Origin: a virus
Taxonomy: Duplodnaviria; Caudoviricetes
Reading direction: 5' to 3' (one strand)
Length of the DNA stretch: 38,513 bases
IMG/VR virus record: IMGVR_UViG_3300008255_000060
Location: 1-38,513 of that record
Within the stretch, counting starts at the first letter, position 1, and each line of letters begins with the position of its first letter. Positions 7,817 through 16,374 of the stretch are shown one piece after another. The position numbers and the translations under genes were made by a program. The notes under the pieces are model-generated. The model had not been told where the DNA came from. It saw only the letters and a program-made list of their open reading frames with translations, and ran no database searches.

Positions 7817-9510
7817 GCGACGTCTCCGTCGTCGTCGACCGCGGCCTCCTGATCGTCCGCACGCCCTACGGGATGCGCGAGGGCGCGAAGGCGACCGGCG
7901 CCCGCTGGGACGGCCGCCGGAAGGCCTGGACGCTCCCCGCGACGTCGAGCTCCGCGGCCGCCGTCGACCGCGAGCTCCGAGGGCTCCTCGCCGAGCGCGG
8001 CGCCCACGTCGACGCGGAGTACCGCGCCCTCCTCGCCCAGGCCGCCCACGCCGTCGGCGCCCAGGCGGCGAAGACCCGCGACGACCTCCCCGATATCCCG
8101 ACCGTGAAGACGAGCGCGTGGCTCCACCAGAGACAGGCCTTTCACTTCGCGAAGGACCTCCCCGCCGCGCTCCTCGATATGCATATGGGAACGGGGAAGA
8201 CCCTGACCGCGCTCGGGCTCGTCGGGCACAAGGCGAGCGCGCGGACCTTCGTCCTCGCGCCAAAGCGCATCATCACGAGCCGCGTCTGGTCGCGCGGGAT
8301 CGAGGCCCACCTGGACGACCCGCCCGTCGTCCTGGAGCTCGGCGACGGGAGTACGAAGAAGCGCGCCCAGGCGCTCCAGGAGGCCCTCAACCTCCAGCGC
8401 ATCACCGGGCGCCCGCTCTTCGTCGTCGTCAACTACGACGCCGCGTGGAGGCCCGGCCTCGCCGAGGTCCTCCTCGGCGGCGAGCCGACGGCCCTCATCT
8501 TCGACGAGCTCCACCGAATCAAGGCGCACGACGGGAAGGCCTCCGGCTTCGCCTACGAGCTCTCGAAGCTCCCCACCGTCCGCTCGCGCCTGGGCCTGAC
8601 CGGGACCCTCATGCCCCACGGGCCCCTCGACCTCTTCGCCCAGCTCCGCGCGCTCGACGCGGGCGTCTTCGGGCTCTCGTGGCACCGCTTCCGGCTTCGC
8701 TACACCGTCCCCGACTTCTTCGGCGGCGTGAAGGCCTACCAGAACCTCGACGAGCTCCAGGCGAAGCTCGCGCCGCTCGCCTACCGCGCGACGAAGGACG
8801 TCCTCGATCTGCCGCCGCTCATGCATGAGCCCGTCCGCGTCCAGCTCGGCGCGAAGGCGGTCGCCGCCTACCGGGCCCTGGAGGACGAGCTCTACGCGCT
8901 CCTCGACGAGGGCGAGGTCACGGTGGAGAACGCCCTCACCCGGCTCCTCCGGCTCCAGCAGGTCACGAGCGGGCACGTCATGACCGACTCGGGCGAGCTC
9001 GTCCAGGTCGACACCGCGAAGCGCGACGCCTTGAAGGACCTCCTCGGCGACCTCGACGAGCCGGTCGTCGTCTTCTGTATCTACCGCGAGGACGTCCGGA
9101 CGATCCGCGCGGTGGTCGAGGAGCTCGGCCGGACGAGCTCGGAGCTCACGGGCTCCGAGGACACGCTCGAAGCGTGGCAGAGGGGCGAGACGGACGTCCT
9201 GGTCGCGAACATTCGCGCCGGAGGCCTCGGCGTCGATATGACGCGCGCCCGCGTGGCCGTCTACTACTCCCAGACGTTCTCCCTCGGCGACTACGCCCAG
9301 AGCCTCGACCGCGTCCACCGTCCGGGACAGGACCAGCCGGTCGTCTACTACCACCTGATCGCCGAGTCGACCCGGAAGCTCCGCGGCGGGGGCGAGCGCC
9401 CCGCGGAGCTCGTCGACGGTCGCGTCTACCGCGCACTCCGGGAGAAGAAGAAGGTCGTCGAGGCGGTCCTCGAAGGTCGGCGCGAAGGCGGCGAGGAGGG
9501 GGGGGCTTGA
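7813..9510 (+). CDS. SNF2-family (SF2) helicase with N-terminal DUF5710-like domain (565 aa)
   Basis: Walker A MGTGKT, Walker B DELH, LTGT motif III, GGLGVDM motif V, QSLDRVHRPGQ motif VI; N-terminal AKATGARWDGRRKAW. Confidence 0.9.
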   Translation: MSDVSVVVDRGLLIVRTPYGMREGAKATGARWDGRRKAWTLPATSSSAAAVDRELRGLLAERGAHVDAEYRALLAQAAHAVGAQAAKTRDDLPDIPTVKTSAWLHQRQAFHFAKDLPAALLDMHMGTGKTLTALGLVGHKASARTFVLAPKRIITSRVWSRGIEAHLDDPPVVLELGDGSTKKRAQALQEALNLQRITGRPLFVVVNYDAAWRPGLAEVLLGGEPTALIFDELHRIKAHDGKASGFAYELSKLPTVRSRLGLTGTLMPHGPLDLFAQLRALDAGVFGLSWHRFRLRYTVPDFFGGVKAYQNLDELQAKLAPLAYRATKDVLDLPPLMHEPVRVQLGAKAVAAYRALEDELYALLDEGEVTVENALTRLLRLQQVTSGHVMTDSGELVQVDTAKRDALKDLLGDLDEPVVVFCIYREDVRTIRAVVEELGRTSSELTGSEDTLEAWQRGETDVLVANIRAGGLGVDMTRARVAVYYSQTFSLGDYAQSLDRVHRPGQDQPVVYYHLIAESTRKLRGGGERPAELVDGRVYRALREKKKVVEAVLEGRREGGEEGGA

Positions 9511-9536
9511 CAGTACGTCAAGCCTTGACGTACCAT
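9504..9536 (+). promoter_or_regulatory. Promoter-operator element 2 (with a third half-site)
   Basis: GGCTTGAC-agtac-GTCAAGCC, then a further TTGACG; -35 TTGACA 9507, 18 bp spacer, -10 TACCAT 9531; ATG 6 nt later (leaderless). Confidence 0.85.
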
Positions 9537-9542
9537 TCGGAC

Positions 9543-9731
9543 ATGACCACGAACAGCACCCCCACCGCGCCCGACTCCTTCCTCCGCACCCTGACCCGCG
9601 TCGAGCTCGCCGTCCGCCGCGACAACCTCGTCGCCGCCGCGAAACACGTCGTCGACGGCGAGCACGTCGCCCAGCTCCGCGCCTCCGCCGACGTCTACCA
9701 GGCCGAGCTCGACCGCCGCGCCGCCCACTGA
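9543..9731 (+). CDS. Small hypothetical protein (62 aa), probably leaderless
   Basis: ATG just downstream of the -10 box; MTTNSTPTAPDSFLRTL...; typical codon use; hairpin follows. Confidence 0.65.
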   Translation: MTTNSTPTAPDSFLRTLTRVELAVRRDNLVAAAKHVVDGEHVAQLRASADVYQAELDRRAAH

Positions 9732-9737
9732 CCCTCG

Positions 9738-9759
9738 GGGGGGCTCTCCGGGGCCCCCC
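9738..9759 (+). terminator. GC-rich hairpin (terminator or processing site)
   Basis: GGGGGGCTC-tccg-GGGCCCCCC; no clear U tract. Confidence 0.4.
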
Positions 9760-9790
9760 ACCCTCTCCCCGGACCAGAGGAGGCCCGACC

Positions 9791-9976
9791 ATGATGCACG
9801 ACCGACGCCCCGTCCTCCCGACCCTCGCCGTCGCCTGTCCGAAGTGCGGCGCCCGCCCCGGCTCCTACTGCGTCACGCCCTCCGGCGCCGACGCGAACGG
9901 AACCCACGCCGACCGCCGACGCGCCCTCGACGCCCAGCGCGCCGACGACCGCGCATGGGAACGGCGCCGCCTGTGA
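9791..9976 (+). CDS. Small zinc-finger protein (61 aa)
   Basis: CPKCGARPGSYC...THADR (C3H) pattern common in phages of GC-rich hosts; GAGGAGG RBS. Confidence 0.7.
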   Translation: MMHDRRPVLPTLAVACPKCGARPGSYCVTPSGADANGTHADRRRALDAQRADDRAWERRRL

Positions 9977-10197
9977 TGGCGGCCGCGCGCTCCCCCCAGA
10001 AGCCCCGCCGCCGCACCATCCGGCGCGACTTCGAGACGCCCGGCGGCGTCGCCTACCGCCTCCGCCTGGAGCCCCTCGACGACGACCGCGTCCGCGTCCT
10101 CGAATGGCGCCGCCGCCTCCCCCACTGGACGACCTACCGCGCCGACCCCCGCGAGGTCGGCCGCATCTACACCCGCGCCGAGCTCGGCCTCGAATGA
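9976..10197 (+). CDS. Hypothetical Arg-rich protein (73 aa)
   Basis: TGATG coupling at the start; MAAARSPQKPRRRTIRRDFETPGG...; ATGA coupling with the next gene. Confidence 0.6.
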   Translation: MAAARSPQKPRRRTIRRDFETPGGVAYRLRLEPLDDDRVRVLEWRRRLPHWTTYRADPREVGRIYTRAELGLE

Positions 10198-10643
10198 TCG
10201 AGCTCCGCCCCACCCTCGACGAGGTCCTCGCCCGCACCGCGGCCGCTTGCCGCGCTTGCAACGGCGCCGGAACCCAACCCCACCCCGCCGACCCCCGAAG
10301 CCGCCTCGCCTGTCCCCTCTGCCGAGGATCAGGAACCCCACGAGAGAGGACCACCATGAGCGCCCCCGAGAAGCCCGAAGAACCCACGCTCGACCTCGAC
10401 CGCCCCTACCCCCCGCCTCCCGACGACGAAGCTCTCGTCGCCCTCTTCTACACCGCCGACCAGGCGCTCCTCGACCGCGAGCGCGAGGCCCGCGCCTACC
10501 TCGACGAGGAGCTCTCCGCCGCCCTCGTCCACGCCCGGGAGGCCGTCGTCGCCGCCCGGACCCTCCTCCAGAAGCGCGCCCGAACCTACGCGAAGGAGAG
10601 CCCCCATGGCCGCACGAGCCGCCACACCCCGCGCCTCTTCTAA
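10194..10643 (+). CDS. Protein with DnaJ-type CxxCxGxG zinc finger (149 aa)
   Basis: CRACNGAG and CPLCRGSG motifs; ATGA coupling; possible internal start at 10356. Confidence 0.6.
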   Translation: MIELRPTLDEVLARTAAACRACNGAGTQPHPADPRSRLACPLCRGSGTPRERTTMSAPEKPEEPTLDLDRPYPPPPDDEALVALFYTADQALLDREREARAYLDEELSAALVHAREAVVAARTLLQKRARTYAKESPHGRTSRHTPRLF

Positions 10644-10902
10644 GGCCTACCAGAGCCGCGACGAATGGGTCGAGGCGAACCCCCTCCGCGTCTGGAGGTC
10701 CTCCCAGAACGTCTCCCAGCCCCAGCTAGCCCGCGAGCTCGGCGTCCTCGAAGACACCGTCCGAAAGTGGGAGCACGGCCGCCGCCACCCCTCCCCGCCC
10801 CTCATGACCCGCCTCGCGGCCCTGACCGGCCGCGCCGACCTCCCGACCGCGTGGCTCGCCTGGCGCGACTCCGAGAAGACCCTCGGCCGCCAGTGGCTCT
10901 AG
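10606..10902 (+). CDS. XRE/Cro-family helix-turn-helix regulator (98 aa)
   Basis: LRVWRSSQNVSQPQLARELGVLEDTVRKWEHGRRHP is a classic HTH_3 pattern; AAGGAG RBS. Confidence 0.85.
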   Translation: MAARAATPRASSKAYQSRDEWVEANPLRVWRSSQNVSQPQLARELGVLEDTVRKWEHGRRHPSPPLMTRLAALTGRADLPTAWLAWRDSEKTLGRQWL

Positions 10903-10949
10903 CCCCCGCCCCGAAGCCCCCCGCCCCTCGCCCCGGACTAGGAGAACCC

Positions 10950-11495
10950 ATGCCCCGGAAGAAGACCGCCCAGCCCGCCCCAGAGCCCACCGACGCCGAA
11001 GTCGCCGCGCTCCAAGCCGAAGCCCGGAAGCTCGCCGAGGTCGGCGACGTCGCGACCCACTTCAAGCTCCGCGACGCCGCCCAGAGCCCCGACTCGCCCT
11101 ACGCCCGCCGCGCCGCCCTCGAAGACGAGAAGCGCGCCGCGAAGGCCGAGGTCGAGCGCGTCGCCGCCCTGATCGAGGAGACGGACCGCGAGGTCATGGC
11201 CCTCATGGAAGCCTCGGGCGTCGCCTCCGTCAAGACGAAGGACTACTCCCTCACCCTCGACCGGAAGCTCTGGGCCTCCGCCGGAGAAGGCGCCCCCGCC
11301 GCCCTCCACGACCTCGGCCTCGACGAGCTCGTCAAGCCCGAGAGCGTCAACGCCCAGACCATCACGGCGTACGTCCGCGAGCTGGAGCGGCAAGCCGAGA
11401 AGGAGGGCGTCGAGCTCTCCGACCTCCTCCCCCCCGAGCTCGCGCCCCACGTCAAAGTGAGCGAGGTCTTCAAGGTCGCGGTACGGAAGGCATGA
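10950..11495 (+). CDS. Coiled-coil protein of the replication/recombination module (181 aa)
   Basis: AGGAG RBS; MPRKKTAQ start; coiled coil followed by the VASVKTKDYSLTL beta segment; upstream of the SSB-like gene. Confidence 0.7.
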   Translation: MPRKKTAQPAPEPTDAEVAALQAEARKLAEVGDVATHFKLRDAAQSPDSPYARRAALEDEKRAAKAEVERVAALIEETDREVMALMEASGVASVKTKDYSLTLDRKLWASAGEGAPAALHDLGLDELVKPESVNAQTITAYVRELERQAEKEGVELSDLLPPELAPHVKVSEVFKVAVRKA

Positions 11496-11857
11496 CGAAG
11501 CCCCCGAAGGCCGCCCCGACCGTCGTCAAGCTCTACCGCGTCGGCCTCGACGGGTACGGCCGCGACCAGGAGCTCGTCGTCCACGAGGTCGACGCCGACG
11601 AGACGCCGAAGACGTACCGCCTCCACCCCCCCGTCGGATCGAGGCACGCGACCGCGTACCGCGCCACCCTCCGCCGCGAGGAGGTCGCCCAGGGCCGCGG
11701 CGGCTGGGCGACGTCGCGCGGGGAGGCCGTCCGCCTCTACGCCGCGAAGGCCGAGCGCGCCGCGAAGCGCGCCGAGGAGGAGCTCGACCAGGCCGACGCC
11801 TACCTCGCGAGGGCCTACGCCTTCGCCCGCGCGGAGGGCGTCGACCTCCCCAAATGA
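11492..11857 (+). CDS. Hypothetical protein (121 aa)
   Basis: ATGA coupling; typical codon use. Confidence 0.65.
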   Translation: MTKPPKAAPTVVKLYRVGLDGYGRDQELVVHEVDADETPKTYRLHPPVGSRHATAYRATLRREEVAQGRGGWATSRGEAVRLYAAKAERAAKRAEEELDQADAYLARAYAFARAEGVDLPK

Positions 11858-11866
11858 AGAAGCCCC

Positions 11867-11897
11867 ACGCCGGGCCCCCCAAAGCCCGGCGTACAAT
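11867..11897 (+). promoter_or_regulatory. Inverted repeat abutting a TACAAT -10 box
   Basis: ACGCCGGGC-N8-GCCCGGCGT, with TACAAT at 11892-11897, upstream of the SSB-like gene. Confidence 0.5.
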
Positions 11898-11943
11898 GAA
11901 GCCCCGCTCGACCCAGGACTAGGCAACACCGGGCCCCGAGCCC

Positions 11944-12834
11944 GTGAGCGACAAGGAGAACAGAGTGACCACCCCCAGGACCAGGAAGACCCCCGCCGCC
12001 GCCTCGAAGAAGAAGGCCGCCCCCCAGACCGAGGAGCTCGCCGTCTTCGATCCCAGCCGCTACGCCCTCGCCAACTTCGAGGAGAGCGGCCTCGCCGAAG
12101 CCCTCGACGCGAACCTCGGCGGCGACGCCGTCAGCCCCTCCGACTTCGACGTCGTCAAGGTCCCCGCCGGAGGCGGCCTCCAGTGGACCACCTTCGACGA
12201 GCTCGGCCGCGAAGTCGACGTCCCCGCCCTCGTCGGGATCGTCGTCTACCAGCACACCGCCCGGACCTTCTGGAAGAAGAGCATCGAAGACGGGGAGAGC
12301 GGCCCGCCCGATTGCTTCTCGAATGACGGCGTCACCGGACGCGGCGACAACGGAACCGGCCTCGGCGTCCACGAGTGCGCCTCCTGCCCCATGAATCAGT
12401 ACGGGACCGCCCAGAAGGGCGAGGGCAAAGCGTGCAAGGAGACGCGCGTCCTCTACCTCCTCCGCGAGGGCGAGCTCCTCCCGACCGTCGTCCGCGTCCC
12501 CCCGTCCAGCTTGAAGGACTACCGCCGCTTCATGCTCCGCCTCACCTCGAAGGGCGTCCCCTACTACAAGGTCGCCGTGGAGCTCACGCTGGAGCGCGAC
12601 AAGAACGCCCAGGGCATCACCTACTCGAAGGTCGCGCCCGCCCAGGTCGAGCGCCTCTCCGGCGAGCTCGCCGAGAGCGCCGTCAAGTACAAGCGCCTTC
12701 TCGAAGCCCTCATGGCGAGCGCGACCTCCTCGGTCATGGTCGCCGAGGTCGTCGACGAAGCCGAGCCCGACGACGAAGTCGAGGACCCGTTCTCCGGCGT
12801 CAAGCCGGGCGAGCCCGACCTCGACGAAGCCTAA
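11944..12834 (+). CDS. Putative ssDNA-binding / recombination-mediator protein with Cys cluster and acidic tail (296 aa)
   Basis: PDCFSNDG...CASCPMN...GKACKE; acidic C-terminus (DEAEPDDEVEDPF); immediately upstream of Prim-Pol. Confidence 0.6.
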   Translation: MSDKENRVTTPRTRKTPAAASKKKAAPQTEELAVFDPSRYALANFEESGLAEALDANLGGDAVSPSDFDVVKVPAGGGLQWTTFDELGREVDVPALVGIVVYQHTARTFWKKSIEDGESGPPDCFSNDGVTGRGDNGTGLGVHECASCPMNQYGTAQKGEGKACKETRVLYLLREGELLPTVVRVPPSSLKDYRRFMLRLTSKGVPYYKVAVELTLERDKNAQGITYSKVAPAQVERLSGELAESAVKYKRLLEALMASATSSVMVAEVVDEAEPDDEVEDPFSGVKPGEPDLDEA

Positions 12835-12858
12835 CCCCAGGCGCCCATCCCCTCCCCC

Positions 12859-12897
12859 GGCGCCTCGATCCTCCCAGGTCGAGGCGCCCGTCTTCTT
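12859..12897 (+). terminator. Terminator/attenuator-like hairpin between the SSB-like and Prim-Pol genes
   Basis: GGCGCCTCGA-N10-TCGAGGCGCC followed by cgTCTTCTT. Confidence 0.55.
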
Positions 12898-12916
12898 CCC
12901 CCCGCCTGGAGGCAAC

Positions 12917-14362
12917 GTGCCAAAGAACCCCCGAGCGAAGGACGAGGCCTCGATTCAAGCCCTCGCCTACCGCTACCTTCGCCGTGGCTGGAGCATTATC
13001 CCCATCGGCCCCGACAAGAAGCCCCTCACGGCCTGGGCGCCCTACCAGAAGCGCCTCGCGACGACGAAAGAGCTCGGCGAATGGTGGGACCGCTACCCCG
13101 AGGCGAACGTCGGGATCGTTACGGGCCTCGTCTCCGGGATCATCGTCCTCGACGCCGACGGCCCCGAAGGGCTCGCGAGCCTCGAAGGCCTCCAACTCCC
13201 CGCGACGCCCGTCGCGACGACCGGCCGCGGGACCCACTACTACTACCGTCACCCCGGGATCGACTCCGGCGAGCGCGTGCGAAACTTCGCGCGCCGCCTC
13301 CCCGGGCTCGACCTCCGCGGCGACGGGGGCTACGTCATCGCCCCCCCGAGCCTCCACCCGTCCGGCGCGACGTACACCTGGACGAGCGACCCCGACCACT
13401 TCCCCCTCGCCGACACGCCCCACTGGCTCCGCGCTATCGTCTCCGACGGCCGCACCCCGAAGGGCAAGGAGCCCGAGGACCGCGACCCCGACGCGCCCGA
13501 ATGGTATCTGTCGATCATGGCGAAGGGCGTCGCGAGCGGCGGCCGGAATGACGCCGTCGCGCGCCTCGCGGGCTACTTCCTCGCGAAGGGCCTCGACGCC
13601 GACGTCACCTTCCACGCCGTCCAGGCCGTCAACGCGACGAAATTCCAGCCGCCCCTCGACGTCGACGAGGTCGAGCGGACCGTCTTCTCCATCGCGAAGG
13701 CCGAGAAGCGGCGCCTCGCGACCGTCTCGATCCTCTCCGACGAGACGCTAGAGCCCGACGACCGCCGCGACCTCGCGCTCCAGGCCGCCTCCCACGAGCT
13801 CGGCTTCTCCGTCGAGCGCGTCACGAAGTACCTCTCGGACCCGCCGACCTTCGAGCTCCTCGCGAACGGCGCCCGAATCCGCCTCGGCGGCGTCGAGGCC
13901 CTGATCGAGCGCGTCCCCTTCCGGCGCCGGATCGCCGCCTCCCTCGGGCGCCTCGTCAACATCAAACCGAAGGAATGGGCCGACGTCGCCGGGATGCTCC
14001 TCGGCGCCGCCCTGGAGGTCGAGGTCCGCGACGCGACCGAGGAGGGCTCCCTCGACACTTGGCTCACCCGCTACGTCGAGGACAACGCGCCCGCCGAGGG
14101 CGACGACTGGCCGCGCGCCGCCTGGGAGGGCGCCCCCTTCGAGCGCGAGGACGGCCTCTACGTCTCCCTCGCGGGCCTCCGGAAGTACGTCACCGCGACC
14201 CTCGACGAGAAGGTCACGACCCACGAGCTCGCCCTCATGCTCCGCCGCGCGAGACTGGAGCCCGTGACGATCAAAGTAACGCTCGACGGCCGCGCGACGA
14301 CCCGCGGCGTATGGCGAGTCCCCAGGCGCCGACGCGCCCCAGCCCCAGGAGGCGACGCATGA
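12917..14362 (+). CDS. Bifunctional DNA primase/polymerase (Prim-Pol, AEP) with PriCT-like domain (481 aa)
   Basis: GWSIIPI..KKP, ANVGIVTG, IVLDAD, TGRGTHYYY, DLRGDGGYVIAPPSLH; GGRNDAVARLAG...PPLDVDEVERTV (PriCT-1); no Walker A motif. Confidence 0.9.
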   Translation: MPKNPRAKDEASIQALAYRYLRRGWSIIPIGPDKKPLTAWAPYQKRLATTKELGEWWDRYPEANVGIVTGLVSGIIVLDADGPEGLASLEGLQLPATPVATTGRGTHYYYRHPGIDSGERVRNFARRLPGLDLRGDGGYVIAPPSLHPSGATYTWTSDPDHFPLADTPHWLRAIVSDGRTPKGKEPEDRDPDAPEWYLSIMAKGVASGGRNDAVARLAGYFLAKGLDADVTFHAVQAVNATKFQPPLDVDEVERTVFSIAKAEKRRLATVSILSDETLEPDDRRDLALQAASHELGFSVERVTKYLSDPPTFELLANGARIRLGGVEALIERVPFRRRIAASLGRLVNIKPKEWADVAGMLLGAALEVEVRDATEEGSLDTWLTRYVEDNAPAEGDDWPRAAWEGAPFEREDGLYVSLAGLRKYVTATLDEKVTTHELALMLRRARLEPVTIKVTLDGRATTRGVWRVPRRRRAPAPGGDA

Positions 14363-14631
14363 CCCCCCCGGACCAGGAGCCGCTCTCCGCCACCCTCACC
14401 GCCGCCGCCCAACTCGCCCCAGGAGCTCGGCACCAGGAGCTCTACCGCTACGCCGCCGTCGTCGCCCAGGAGGCCGAGGCGCTCGCCGCGAGCGCCCTCC
14501 GGCGCCTCGGCGTCGACGTCCCCCCCGCCTACCCTCCCCTCGTCCGCCTCGTCGGCGAGCTCGCCGCGCACCATGCCGAGCTCGAAGGCCGGAAGGCCGC
14601 CCTCGCGCCCGGCGCCCAGGCGAGCTCGTGA
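14359..14631 (+). CDS. Hypothetical protein (90 aa)
   Basis: AGGAGG RBS; coupled to both neighbours by 4-nt overlaps. Confidence 0.6.
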   Translation: MTPPDQEPLSATLTAAAQLAPGARHQELYRYAAVVAQEAEALAASALRRLGVDVPPAYPPLVRLVGELAAHHAELEGRKAALAPGAQASS

Positions 14632-16286
14632 GCGGCCTCCGCGAGGACCGCCTCTTCGGCCCGCCCGGAACCGGGAAGACGACCACCCTCTCGAAGTGGG
14701 TCCGCCGCGCCGCCGACAAGGTCGGCGCCCAGAGCATCGTCGTCGGCTCCTTCACGAAGACCGCCGCCGCCGAAATCGCCTCCCGAGGCATCCCCGTCCC
14801 CGACTCCCAGGTCGGCACCCTCCACGCGCTCGCCTACCGCGCGCTCGGGATCGAGCGCGGCACCATCGCCGACGACGCCGAGAAGCTCGGCGAGTGGAAC
14901 GCCCGCCACCCCCGCTACGCCCTCACGGCGGGGAAGAAGGCCTCCGACGACGATATCGAGGGCCCCGCGGGGAAGACGCTCGGCGACGAGCTCTACGGCG
15001 AGCTCCAGACGCTCCGCGCCCGCCTCGTCGACGAGAAGCTCTACCCCGCCCGCGTCTTCGCCTTCCGGAACGCTTGGACCGCCTGGAAGGACGAGCTCCG
15101 GCTCCTCGACTTCACGGACCTGATCGAGGCCGCGACGTACGACGTAGCCCTCCCCGCGCCCGGCGTGACCGTCGGCTTCTTCGACGAGGCCCAGGACTTC
15201 ACGGCGATGGAGCTCCGGCTCGTCCGGACCTGGGCGGAGAACATGGAGAACGTCGTCCTAGCGGGCGACGACGACCAGACGATCTACTTCTTCAAGGGCG
15301 CGCGCCCCGAGGCCTTCCTCCAGCCGCCGCTCCCCGAGGAACGAAAGCACGTCCTCCGGCAGAGCTACCGCGTCCCCGCGGTCGTCCAGCGCGCCGCGGA
15401 GGCCTGGGTCGCCCAGGTCGGCCTCCGGGAGCCGAAGGAGTACCGGCCGCGCGCGGAGGAGGGCTTCGCGAAGGCGACCGCGGCGACGTGGAAGAACCCC
15501 CTCCCCCTGGTCCGGCTCCTGGAGGCCGACCTCGAAGCGGGGCGCTCTCCGATGGTCCTCGCGACCGCGGGCTACATGCTCGGGCCCCTCCAGGCGACGC
15601 TCCGCGGCGCCGGGCTCGCGTATCACAACCCCTACCGCCTGGAGGACTATCACCTAAACCCGCTCCGGCCTGGGCGGGGCGTCTCGGCCTCCCAGCGGCT
15701 CCTCGCTTACCACCGGCCGGACCCCGAGGCCTGGGGGGCGGAGGCGCGCCTGTGGACCGCTCGGGAGCTCTACTGGGCCCTGGAGCATCTTCGGGCGAAG
15801 GGCGTCGTCATCCACGGGGCGAAGGCCTACCTCGACGAGGCCTCGCGGACCCAGGACGGCGTCGAGAGGGAGCTCGACTGGGCGGAGCTCGCGGCGTACG
15901 TCGACCTCGACGCCCTCGACGAGGGCTTCGCGCGGCCCTCGCTGGAGTGGTACGAAGCGAACCTCCTTAAAGCGAAGGCGCCGGGCTTCGTCTTCCCTCT
16001 CGCTATCGCGCGGCGCCGCGGCGTGGCCGCGCTTCGGGAGGAGCCGCGGATCGTCCTCGGGACGGTCCACTCCGTCAAGGGCGGGGAGGCGGACGTGGTC
16101 TACCTCGTGCCCGACCTGTCGCCCGCGGCGGATCAGGCCTGGAACGGTGGGGGCGCCGCGCGCGACGCGGTCGTCCGGACGTTCTACGTCGCCATGACGC
16201 GCGCCCGGCTCGGGCTCGTGGTCCTGTCGGCCGCGGGGGCGAGCGTGCCTCTCCGGAGCTCCATCGCTCGCGCGCTCGCGGCCTGA
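14628..16286 (+). CDS. UvrD/Rep-like SF1 helicase (552 aa)
   Basis: GPPGTGKT, SFTKTAA, TLHALAY, DEAQD, GDDDQTIY, QSYR, TVHSVKGGEAD and FYVAMTRAR motifs. Confidence 0.92.
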   Translation: MSGLREDRLFGPPGTGKTTTLSKWVRRAADKVGAQSIVVGSFTKTAAAEIASRGIPVPDSQVGTLHALAYRALGIERGTIADDAEKLGEWNARHPRYALTAGKKASDDDIEGPAGKTLGDELYGELQTLRARLVDEKLYPARVFAFRNAWTAWKDELRLLDFTDLIEAATYDVALPAPGVTVGFFDEAQDFTAMELRLVRTWAENMENVVLAGDDDQTIYFFKGARPEAFLQPPLPEERKHVLRQSYRVPAVVQRAAEAWVAQVGLREPKEYRPRAEEGFAKATAATWKNPLPLVRLLEADLEAGRSPMVLATAGYMLGPLQATLRGAGLAYHNPYRLEDYHLNPLRPGRGVSASQRLLAYHRPDPEAWGAEARLWTARELYWALEHLRAKGVVIHGAKAYLDEASRTQDGVERELDWAELAAYVDLDALDEGFARPSLEWYEANLLKAKAPGFVFPLAIARRRGVAALREEPRIVLGTVHSVKGGEADVVYLVPDLSPAADQAWNGGGAARDAVVRTFYVAMTRARLGLVVLSAAGASVPLRSSIARALAA

Positions 16287-16301
16287 CGCATACCCCCCTC
16301 C

Positions 16302-16335
16302 GGGGCTTGACAGTCTGTCAAGCCCCCTGTATGCT
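16302..16335 (+). promoter_or_regulatory. Promoter-operator element 3
   Basis: Perfect 12-bp arms GGGGCTTGACAG-t-CTGTCAAGCCCC; -35 TTGACA, 17 bp spacer, -10 TATGCT. Confidence 0.88.
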
Positions 16336-16374
16336 CTCTCTCAGAACGAACCCCGGACCCCCAGGAGGCACGAA

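Noticed and set aside
6892-9792. Long minus-strand ORFs (966 aa here; also 25573-27633, 28771-30273, 32682-34235) and Arg/Pro-rich alternate-frame ORFs
   Set aside because: Shadow ORFs expected at this GC content: they lie opposite or over motif-bearing genes, are low complexity, and lack RBS or motifs.
9493-16322. Divergent antisense promoters from the minus-strand TTGAC arm
   Set aside because: For elements 2 and 3, which I checked, no TANNNT lies 16-19 bp downstream on the minus strand.
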